From a virus (lineage: Duplodnaviria > Caudoviricetes), in IMG/VR virus record IMGVR_UViG_3300042939_001032, positions 24,749 through 88,748 of that record: a stretch of 64,000 bases of DNA. The stretch is one strand, 5' to 3'. Below are positions 29,909 through 37,126 of the stretch, piece after piece (positions within the stretch are counted from its first letter, which is position 1; each line of letters begins with the position of its first letter). The translations under genes were made by a program, and so were the position numbers. Under the pieces are notes generated by a model that searched no databases, was not told the origin of the DNA, and was given only the letters and a program-made list of their open reading frames with translations.

Positions 29909-30915
29909 GCATCAGCATCCTCGAGCACAACAAGATGGTCTTCAAGAAGGACGACGGGTTCGATTACCCGGAGTTCTACGACTACTACGAGAACACCGTA
30001 GCCTCCGTATGGCGGCACGCGGAGGTACCTATGGAGGGAGATCTGCGAGATTGGCAATTCAACTCAACACCCGACGAAAGAGCGGTTATAGCCGGGATTC
30101 TAAAGGGCTTTGTAAGCGCGGAATTGGGTATAGGTTGTTACTGGGCGGATGAGGTCTGCCGGATTTTCCCTAAGCCGGAGATCCAGTCCATGGCCCGGGC
30201 CTTCTCGTTTTTTGAGACGATCCACGCCGCCGCCTACTCGTACCTCAACGACGTCCTCGGCCTCAAGGACTACGAGGAGTTCATCAACGATCCCGTGGCG
30301 TGCTCTAAGATCGACACCTTCTTCCAGAAGTACCCCGACAAGGTCGCCCTAGCTGTCTTCTCCGGAGCTGGCGAGGGTGTTTCCCTGTTCAGTTCCTTCG
30401 CCGTACTACTGAGCTTTAACAAGGATGGACGTTACAAAGGCCTCGCGCAGATTATCTCGTGGTCCGCTATCGACGAGCAAACTCACTCGGAGGCTGGGTG
30501 CAAGCTTTTCCGCTATCTTGTCAACGAGACGGGACTCACGGATGCTGAGGAGCAGGCGATTTACGAGGGCTTCCGCCTCGTGGTGGATAAGGAGTTCGCT
30601 TTTATTGACCACATTTTTAACGCTGCATATATTGGCTCAATCGATGCGGATGAGTTGAAAGCTTACATAACCAACCGCGCCAATGAACAGCTCGTCACGC
30701 TCGGACTTCGGCAGATCTTCCATCTGTCCACCGAGGAACTCTCAAGAGCAAAGTCCATCAGTGCCTGGTTCGAGCCCATGATCAAAGGGGCTAGTAGTTC
30801 GGATTTCTTCGCGCAGGGCAAGTCGGGCGACAACTACGTTGCCAAACCCACTCAGGACTACATGAGTGTCGATCTCACAGCGCTAGATCTGGACTCCTGC
30901 CTCTCCTACCACTAA
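29905..30915 (+). CDS. nrdB: Ribonucleotide reductase class I beta subunit
   Basis: W..EV.M..D..DW, ETIHAAAY, EGVSLFSSF, DEQTH, DFF. Confidence 0.95.
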   Translation: MSISILEHNKMVFKKDDGFDYPEFYDYYENTVASVWRHAEVPMEGDLRDWQFNSTPDERAVIAGILKGFVSAELGIGCYWADEVCRIFPKPEIQSMARAFSFFETIHAAAYSYLNDVLGLKDYEEFINDPVACSKIDTFFQKYPDKVALAVFSGAGEGVSLFSSFAVLLSFNKDGRYKGLAQIISWSAIDEQTHSEAGCKLFRYLVNETGLTDAEEQAIYEGFRLVVDKEFAFIDHIFNAAYIGSIDADELKAYITNRANEQLVTLGLRQIFHLSTEELSRAKSISAWFEPMIKGASSSDFFAQGKSGDNYVAKPTQDYMSVDLTALDLDSCLSYH

Positions 30916-30929
30916 TGTAAGGAGGGTCC

Positions 30930-31091
30930 ATGTCTATCTCCAAGCCGGTAAGCATAACCAACGGAAAGTGGTTGGTGCAGACCTCAAATGGCCACAAGAT
31001 CTTCGAGGACGGCGAGACAGCCCAAGATTTCTACCTGATAAACAAGCACAGAGAAAACCAGAAAGCCCATGGCGATTCACCCAAACCCTGA
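30930..31091 (+). CDS. Small hypothetical protein (53 aa), not in ORF track
   Basis: AAGGAGG Shine-Dalgarno; MSISKPVSITNGKWLVQTSNGHKIFEDGETAQDFYLINK... Confidence 0.6.
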   Translation: MSISKPVSITNGKWLVQTSNGHKIFEDGETAQDFYLINKHRENQKAHGDSPKP

Positions 31092-31275
31092 TAGAGACAG
31101 CAAGCTTATGGTAGCCGATCACGGCACCGTGTGCCTCATCACCGACCGCAAAGCCGACCTCTACATCCAACGCTACAGAAAGAACATGATCACCTCCCCA
31201 CCGCCTGACAGGTTCTCAAGACCCTGCGGCGGGATGGGTGGCTTCGACGACTACGTGGAAAGATGGCATGAGTGA
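31069..31275 (+). CDS. Small hypothetical protein
   Basis: Coupled overlaps on both sides; PCGGMGGFDDYVERWHE. Confidence 0.6.
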   Translation: MAIHPNPDRDSKLMVADHGTVCLITDRKADLYIQRYRKNMITSPPPDRFSRPCGGMGGFDDYVERWHE

Positions 31276-31684
31276 CTTTGTAAGACCCGATGGCTGGAGG
31301 GTCAGAGGGCGGGATCAGGGAGGGCGTAACTACGCCGACTCTGGCGAACAATGGAAGCAGTGGAAGGACTCCCCCTACGAAGTCAGTAGTGGGGGGAAAG
31401 TTCGTCGTAAGGGAGACACCCAGAACCGCAAGCCACGCGACGACGATCGCAAGCACCAGAGAATGAACCTCACCTGGGGAGGGAAGAGGGAGGAGCCCCC
31501 AATCCACCAGATGGTGATGGAGCTATTCGGCCCTCCCAAGCCCCAAGGAGAGCATATCGTAATCCTGCACAAGGACAACGACGGAACCAACAACTCCATC
31601 TCCAATCTGAAGTGGGGTACGAGATCCGAGAACGTTCAGCAGGCCCACGACGACGGCCTTATCCGCTCCAAGAAAAAGAAGTGA
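31268..31684 (+). CDS. NUMOD4-HNH endonuclease with RPDGW/NYAD leader
   Basis: EQWK..YEVSSGGKVR (NUMOD4); IHQMVMELF, ILHKDNDGTNNSISNLKWGTRSEN (HNH). Confidence 0.85.
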   Translation: MSDFVRPDGWRVRGRDQGGRNYADSGEQWKQWKDSPYEVSSGGKVRRKGDTQNRKPRDDDRKHQRMNLTWGGKREEPPIHQMVMELFGPPKPQGEHIVILHKDNDGTNNSISNLKWGTRSENVQQAHDDGLIRSKKKK

Positions 31685-31779
31685 TGGGTGGTTGGTTAGT
31701 TGGTAGGTAATTGTTAGTTACCAAGCTGCTACGCTACGCCTTATTTTTGTTAGAATAAACGACCAGGAAGCCAGCCATT

Positions 31780-33693
31780 ATGTCCGAGTTACAAGTCCCC
31801 GAGTGGATGTCCAAGGAAGCCATCAAAACTCTCTCAAAAGGCTACCTGTATCAGGGCGAGACGCCCAGGGGGATGTACGAGCGTGTGGCCAACCAGGCCG
31901 CCAAACTGCTCAACTACCCCGAGATCTCAGGAGACATCTTCGAGGTGCTCTGGCGTGGGTTTCTGGGACTTGCCACTCCCGTGGCTAGTAACTTCGGCAC
32001 CTCGCGTGGCCTGCCTATCAGCTGCTACTCGAATGATATTTCGGACTCCGTGCGCTCCATCTACTCCCACCTCAAGGAGTCGGCGGCGCTCTCCCAGTAC
32101 GGTGGCGGGGTGGGAACCTACTTCGGCAATATCAGACCCTCCGGGGCACCCATCTCGTCTGGTGGGAAGAGCACCGGCGTGGTGCCGTGGATGAGGCAGT
32201 ATGACCAGTGCGCCGCTGTGGTGTCTCAGGGTGGGGTGAGGCGTGGCAGTTTCGCTCTCTACCTCCCCATCGACCACCCCGATCTTCCGGAGGTTTTACG
32301 CTCCAAGGACCACTCGCAGGGCGACCCACGTGACTTCATCGACAGCAACATCGCCATCACCATCACCGATGAGTGGGTAGAGAGCCTGCTTGCCGGGGAT
32401 AGGGACAAGCAGAAGTTGTTCGGCGAGGTGCTGAAGTCTAGACTGGTGTCAGGGTCTCCATACATCATCTTTATCGACAACGCCAACAAGGCCAATCCGG
32501 AATGCTACACTCAGAGAGGACTGAGTGTTAAGCTCAGCAATCTCTGCTCGGAGATCTTCCTGCACACCGACGAGAACCACACCTTCGTCTGCGTTCTCTC
32601 CTCTATCAACCTAGCACGCTGGGAGGAGTGGAAGGACTGGACCGGCCCGGCCACTGGCAAAACCGTCCCCGAACTGGCCGTGTACCTCCTCGACGCTGTT
32701 GTGGAGGAGTTCTGCCACAAGGCCGATCGCATCACCTCCATGGGAAGAGCGGTAAGGTTCGCTCGCAAGTCCAGGGCACTGGGCCTGGGGACCATGGGCC
32801 TCCACGCTCTCTACCAGTCCAAGAACCTCCCCTTCGCCTCCGCCGAGGCCCGCCAACTCAACGAGAAGGTTCACAGGTACGTCAAGGAGAAGGCGCAGAA
32901 AGCCTCCCGTGAGATGGCCGTCACCTATGGCGAGCCGGAATGGTGCCAGGGTACCGGGCTCCGTCACACCCACCTCATGGCCATCGCCCCCACCAAATCC
33001 AACTCCGTAATCTGCGGAGCGGGAAGCGAGGGTATCGAGCCCATCGACGCGAACTACTACGTTGCAAAGCAGGCCAAGGGGACCTTCGTTCGCAAGAACA
33101 AGTACCTTGTGGAACACCTCGAAAAGATCGGAAAGAATACCGACGAGACGTGGGAGTCGATTCTGGAGTTCAGAGGATCGATCCAGCATCTCAAGTTCAT
33201 CGACGACCACACCAAGGAGGTGTTCAGGACGGCGCGTGAGATCGACCAGTTTGAGATCATCAGGCAGGCCGCGGACCGGCAGAAGTACGTCTGCCAGGGT
33301 CAGTCCATCAACCTCTTCGTCGATCCCGAGTCCTCGCCGGAGTACCTCTTCAAGCTCCACCTGAGCGCTTGGAAGGGTGGCCTCAAGTCCCTCTACTATC
33401 TGAAGAGTTCGTCCCTGCTCGTGAAGAAGAAGCCTCCTGGCCAGCAGAAGGTCGCGAAGATCATCACCAAGCAGGAGTGCCCCTACTGCTCCATGGCCAA
33501 GTCCCTCCTCCGTAGCCAGGGCTGGACCATCAACGAGGTGGATAGGGCCGATGTCCCCGACTCCGAGTGGGTGTGGAAGACCGTGCCCCAGATCTGGCTC
33601 AATGACCAGTACGTTGGAGGCTACACCGACCTCGCCGAGAAGCTAGGTCAGGGGGAGAAGACATACAGCGAGTGTGCCGCCTGCGAGGGTTGA
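31780..33693 (+). CDS. nrdA: Ribonucleotide reductase class I alpha subunit fused to glutaredoxin
   Basis: ATPV, SCY, GGGVG, SNLCSEI, AIAPT, SLYY, then a CPYC..TVPQIW..GGY Grx domain and terminal CAACEG. Confidence 0.95.
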   Translation: MSELQVPEWMSKEAIKTLSKGYLYQGETPRGMYERVANQAAKLLNYPEISGDIFEVLWRGFLGLATPVASNFGTSRGLPISCYSNDISDSVRSIYSHLKESAALSQYGGGVGTYFGNIRPSGAPISSGGKSTGVVPWMRQYDQCAAVVSQGGVRRGSFALYLPIDHPDLPEVLRSKDHSQGDPRDFIDSNIAITITDEWVESLLAGDRDKQKLFGEVLKSRLVSGSPYIIFIDNANKANPECYTQRGLSVKLSNLCSEIFLHTDENHTFVCVLSSINLARWEEWKDWTGPATGKTVPELAVYLLDAVVEEFCHKADRITSMGRAVRFARKSRALGLGTMGLHALYQSKNLPFASAEARQLNEKVHRYVKEKAQKASREMAVTYGEPEWCQGTGLRHTHLMAIAPTKSNSVICGAGSEGIEPIDANYYVAKQAKGTFVRKNKYLVEHLEKIGKNTDETWESILEFRGSIQHLKFIDDHTKEVFRTAREIDQFEIIRQAADRQKYVCQGQSINLFVDPESSPEYLFKLHLSAWKGGLKSLYYLKSSSLLVKKKPPGQQKVAKIITKQECPYCSMAKSLLRSQGWTINEVDRADVPDSEWVWKTVPQIWLNDQYVGGYTDLAEKLGQGEKTYSECAACEG

Positions 33694-33718
33694 CATCCTC
33701 CCCGATCCATGATATGAT
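33690..33718 (+). promoter_or_regulatory. Sigma70-type promoter
   Basis: TTGACA-17-TATGAT with extended TG. Confidence 0.75.
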
Positions 33719-33742
33719 CTCTAGAGAAAGTTCTGTAAGCCA

Positions 33743-34225
33743 ATGAGTTTCGATTACGTCAAGTTCATCAACGATGGCTTCGAGGCGCAGGAGAAGTACG
33801 CCGCCAAAGTCGGTGGTGTCGGGCCTGAGATGCTGATGAAGTACGAGGCGGCGCACGGTTACCTCAACGAGGACTGGCTCTGCTACCGCTACGAGAAAGT
33901 CATCGAGTACTTCGGCCACCTCATGGAGGAAGCGATCGAAGCCCGGGTGTACGTCCCCCGCCGCTCTTGGAAGAACAAAGAGCGGAGTTACATGGACTCA
34001 CCCGAACTCCGCCGGGAGTTTATAGCTGAGATGTATGACATCCTTCTCTTCCACCGAGCCATCCTGGCCTACGCCGGCGTGACCGGCGAGGAGTTCTCCG
34101 CCATCGCCGCGGAGAAGCAGGCCTACAATCAGGTCCGGCCGGATCATAACGTGAACGGAGACGCCTCCGTCACCGCGTCCCCCTCCGAAGAGCTTCAGGG
34201 TATCTGCGACTCAGCATCGTTCTAA
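33743..34225 (+). CDS. All-alpha NTP pyrophosphohydrolase (dimeric dUTPase/dCTPase-like)
   Basis: EEAIEA..RRSWK..EFIAEMYDILLF..EK.AYN..R pattern. Confidence 0.75.
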   Translation: MSFDYVKFINDGFEAQEKYAAKVGGVGPEMLMKYEAAHGYLNEDWLCYRYEKVIEYFGHLMEEAIEARVYVPRRSWKNKERSYMDSPELRREFIAEMYDILLFHRAILAYAGVTGEEFSAIAAEKQAYNQVRPDHNVNGDASVTASPSEELQGICDSASF

Positions 34226-34229
34226 ACCC

Positions 34230-34412
34230 ATGGCCCCCGTCCCCCGCCAACGCCTCATCAGTAAGATCGACAAATCATCCTGTAGGAACTGCGCTGGCAG
34301 GGGATTCCTCGTTATCGAGAAAAACTCGCCCGACGGGCGTGTATTACCCAACGAAATAGTAGAATGTGGAGTCTGCGATGGCACCGGAAAACGTCAAACA
34401 GATCAGGCCTAA
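34230..34412 (+). CDS. DnaJ-type zinc finger protein
   Basis: CRNCAGRG and CGVCDGTG. Confidence 0.7.
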   Translation: MAPVPRQRLISKIDKSSCRNCAGRGFLVIEKNSPDGRVLPNEIVECGVCDGTGKRQTDQA

Positions 34413-34863
34413 CACCCAGGTCCTAGTGCTCAACGCGTCCTACGAACCTCTCCATGTCACGAGCTGGAAGAGAGCCATCATCCTCCTGCTCAAGGAGAAA
34501 GCCCTGATCGTATCGGCTAAAGTCATCCGGCTCACCGAGTACATAAGGATACCCTTCTCCAGGATCAACTCGCTCAAACCCTCCCGCAGCCTCATATACA
34601 AGCGTGACGGGCACAAGTGCCAGTACTGCGGATCGACAAGACGCCTGACCATCGACCACGTGATCCCCAGGAGCAGGGGAGGCAAGGACACGTGGGAGAA
34701 TCTGGTCGTGGCGTGCTCGACATGCAATACGCGTAAGGGCGACATCCCGCTCGAGCAGACAGGGATGAGACTGACTAGAAAGCCAAGCGCGCCCGCGAAT
34801 AGGTTCCTGTTAAGTCTGATAGACTCCGGGTCTCCGGAGTGGCTTCAGTACGCATTCGATTAA
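34378..34863 (+). CDS. HNH endonuclease (McrA-like)
   Basis: VLVLNASYEPL, RDGHKCQYCG, TIDHVIPRSRGG..WENLVVACSTCN.RKG. Confidence 0.92.
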   Translation: MAPENVKQIRPNTQVLVLNASYEPLHVTSWKRAIILLLKEKALIVSAKVIRLTEYIRIPFSRINSLKPSRSLIYKRDGHKCQYCGSTRRLTIDHVIPRSRGGKDTWENLVVACSTCNTRKGDIPLEQTGMRLTRKPSAPANRFLLSLIDSGSPEWLQYAFD

Positions 34864-34873
34864 AGAAACATAG

Positions 34874-34978
34874 ATCGTTCATTGGAGAGGCATCTCCCTC
34901 TCCGACGGAAGTAGGCCGACTCGGAACGGACCGTTCAGCCACAACTCACGTGGCCGCAAAAGCCGACTGAAGGAACGC
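34874..34978 (+). ncRNA. Tandem glutamine riboswitch (glnA / Downstream-peptide class)
   Basis: Two units, each CGTTCA-hairpin-(CGGAAGTAG or CGCAAAA)-GCCGACT-(CG or GAAG)-GAACG, with P1 = CGTTC/GAACG; directly upstream of a YRGV peptide. Confidence 0.8.
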
Positions 34979-35011
34979 ACCAATACCCTAACAAGTAAAG
35001 GAGCAAACCTA

Positions 35012-35137
35012 ATGTCCAAAGCAGTCTATCGCGGTGTGTCTTACGACACCCAGAAGCGTCTCCAGTACCAGCAGCAGATGCAACTTCAGCACTCCGAAGT
35101 GTACAGAGGAGTCAAGTTCGTGAAGGAGGACAAGTGA
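35012..35137 (+). CDS. DUF4278-like peptide (41 aa), not in ORF track
   Basis: AAGGAG SD; MSKAVYRGVSYDTQKRLQYQQQMQLQHSEVYRGVKFVKEDK with two YRGV motifs. Confidence 0.85.
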   Translation: MSKAVYRGVSYDTQKRLQYQQQMQLQHSEVYRGVKFVKEDK

Positions 35138-35232
35138 TGAAGATTAACGTCCTCCAGCTCATCAAGGAGCAGAAGCAAAAGCAGGATAGGCGCCACAAGG
35201 CCTCTATAGCTCAACTTATCCGGTCCAAGTAG
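35137..35232 (+). CDS. Basic 31-aa peptide, translationally coupled; not in ORF track
   Basis: TGATG overlap, AAGGAGG SD; MKINVLQLIKEQKQKQDRRHKASIAQLIRSK. Confidence 0.7.
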   Translation: MKINVLQLIKEQKQKQDRRHKASIAQLIRSK

Positions 35233-35243
35233 ACCGGTTCTTC

Positions 35244-35275
35244 GGAGGGAGGTACGCTTCCCTCCTTTCTTTTTT
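35244..35275 (+). terminator. Intrinsic terminator closing the riboswitch-peptide unit
   Basis: GGAGGGAGG-TACG-CTTCCCTCC followed by TTTCTTTTTT. Confidence 0.85.
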
Positions 35276-35284
35276 CTACCAGTA

Positions 35285-35851
35285 ATGGATTTTTACTTTT
35301 CGTTCGGGAAGAAGAGACCATCGGAGAGGGGCCTCGTCATCCAGGCCGCCGTGCTGTGGGGCCTGCTCGAACCCGCCCTCGACCTCATCCTAGACTTCGT
35401 CAACAGGAAGGCGATAAAGCGCATCGGTGCCAGGAACCTTAAGACGCTCTTCGACGAGCTGGACATCTTCTGGTTGAGAAATGCCGAGCACAAGAACTAC
35501 TCCGAGTCGCAGACCCGGCTCATCATCTCCATGCTACTGAAAGCCGTGGAGGACGAGAATCTCACCCGGAAGGAACTGCTCGCCCTTGTGGACTTTGTCC
35601 AGCGCAAGTGGGTTCAGTCGGAAGCGCTTCACAAGACCTTCACTATGACCGACGAGGTCATCGAGGCGCGAGTCGAAGCCACAGTGGACCAGGCCATCGA
35701 GCTCTACGAGAAGACATACGAGGAAAGGCCACAGACCCCAGAGGAGTTCGTGGCCAGTACCGCGGAGATCATCTTCCACGAGCCGGACGGGAGCGAGGCT
35801 CAGGCCCTGCTCGGTGGGATGATGCAGATCAAAAACAAACTGGTGTACTGA
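35285..35851 (+). CDS. Hypothetical protein, probable paralogue of 63355..63807
   Basis: Shared pattern K.G..(L/V)KT....D....S....A..D..L...E....V.....W. Confidence 0.6.
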   Translation: MDFYFSFGKKRPSERGLVIQAAVLWGLLEPALDLILDFVNRKAIKRIGARNLKTLFDELDIFWLRNAEHKNYSESQTRLIISMLLKAVEDENLTRKELLALVDFVQRKWVQSEALHKTFTMTDEVIEARVEATVDQAIELYEKTYEERPQTPEEFVASTAEIIFHEPDGSEAQALLGGMMQIKNKLVY

Positions 35852-35855
35852 GCGC

Positions 35856-37055
35856 TCAGAGCGCCCAGATCGGCTCCATGACGTTCGCGGAGGTGGTATT
35901 GTTCTGCCTCAGGATGGCGCCATTGGGCCTCTCAACCCACTCACGGTTGCCCTTGAGCGCTTCCTCCACCTCCAGGATCCAGTCACGGGCGGTGCAGGCC
36001 GGGACGTTCTGGCAGATTACGTTGCTGTGCTTGGTGGGGATGTGGACTTTCGCCGCGTAGTCTTTCGGGAATCCCATCAGAGCGAGGCCCTCAGCCACCG
36101 TGAGCCAACGGTCCTCGTGGGGATGCATGAGGTAGGGGAGTGACTTCCACATCAGGCTCTGCGTCCTATACCACGCCAGTTTCATGCTTCCATCCATGAT
36201 GTTCTTTCCGGCGCGCTTCTTCTCGAGTGTGTAGTTAAGCCACCGACTAGCCTTCTCATCCTTGACCACTCTAGCGGCCTCCTCCAACCATCCCGACTCG
36301 TAGATAACGTTCCAGACGGACGTCATGCGGTTCGCCGCCACCTTGGAGAGGATGTCCTGCTTCGTGTATCCAGCATACTTCCCCTCGATAAACTGCCAGA
36401 GCGGATCGGTGCTAGGCACACCCTTGGAGTTGACGGGCTCGGACTTAGCAAACCCTCCCGCCTTGAGGAATTTGTGAAATGGCTCGAAGTCCCGCTTTAC
36501 AGGTGCGAGCACAGGGACTTTGTCACCCTGCCATAGGAAGAAGAACGAACGAGTCCGTTCCTGGGGCACCCCGTGATTGATCGAGGTGGTCTTCACCAGG
36601 CTCATGGAGTAGCCATGCTCGGCGGCTAGGGAGTTGATTCTCTCCGCAAACTCCTCTCCCATCTTCGAGTAGAGGGCCGGCGCATTCTCCACCATCATGG
36701 CCTTAGGCTTGATCTTCGTCATGGCGAACTCAGCCGCGTGGTACATGTGCATGTTGCTGGGCGCCGAGCAACCACGCGGGTTGTTCACCTTCTCACCAGA
36801 GGTGGTATTGGCCATGGAGAGGCCGGCGCAGGGCGGCAGGGACGTAACAATATCAACGTACTTGGTGGGGTAGTTACCCTCATCGAGGTTGTGGAAGGGG
36901 GTCTTGTCGAAGTACTTCAGGCAGTACTGATCGTTGGCGCCGAAGGAATCGCTCCAGGACGCGATCCACTCGGGATCCTTCTCCAGGGCCAGGGTCGTGC
37001 CGACCACGCTCCCTCCTACCAGGGGGATGATGTGGCCGTGGGTGTATGATGACAT
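35856..37055 (-). CDS. C5-cytosine DNA methyltransferase-like protein with non-canonical motif I
   Basis: PPCAGLS (IV), VENA (VI), VPQERTR (VIII), RWLTVAEGLALMGFP (IX), CQNVP (X); motif I reads IPLVGG. Confidence 0.8.
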   Translation of the reverse strand: MSSYTHGHIIPLVGGSVVGTTLALEKDPEWIASWSDSFGANDQYCLKYFDKTPFHNLDEGNYPTKYVDIVTSLPPCAGLSMANTTSGEKVNNPRGCSAPSNMHMYHAAEFAMTKIKPKAMMVENAPALYSKMGEEFAERINSLAAEHGYSMSLVKTTSINHGVPQERTRSFFFLWQGDKVPVLAPVKRDFEPFHKFLKAGGFAKSEPVNSKGVPSTDPLWQFIEGKYAGYTKQDILSKVAANRMTSVWNVIYESGWLEEAARVVKDEKASRWLNYTLEKKRAGKNIMDGSMKLAWYRTQSLMWKSLPYLMHPHEDRWLTVAEGLALMGFPKDYAAKVHIPTKHSNVICQNVPACTARDWILEVEEALKGNREWVERPNGAILRQNNTTSANVMEPIWAL

Positions 37056-37077
37056 GGTAGAATTGGTTTACGGAGGT

Positions 37078-37105
37078 CTTTAGACTGAAAGACACGGGTT
37101 TAAAG
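37078..37105. promoter_or_regulatory. Divergent late-type boxes (GTCTAAAG minus, GTTTAAAG plus)
   Basis: Motifs at 37078-37085 (minus) and 37098-37105 (plus). Confidence 0.5.
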
Positions 37106-37126
37106 ACTAGGTAGTAGAGCTTGAGT

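Noticed and set aside
31780-31812. NrdA N-terminus QVPEWM as a VPEGW tag
   Set aside because: It lacks the Gly and a boundary site, and PEW fits an ordinary start for this NrdA type.
11907-33693. Introns or inteins in terL, nrdA or nrdB
   Set aside because: Reading frames are continuous and of normal length, with no intein splice motifs seen.
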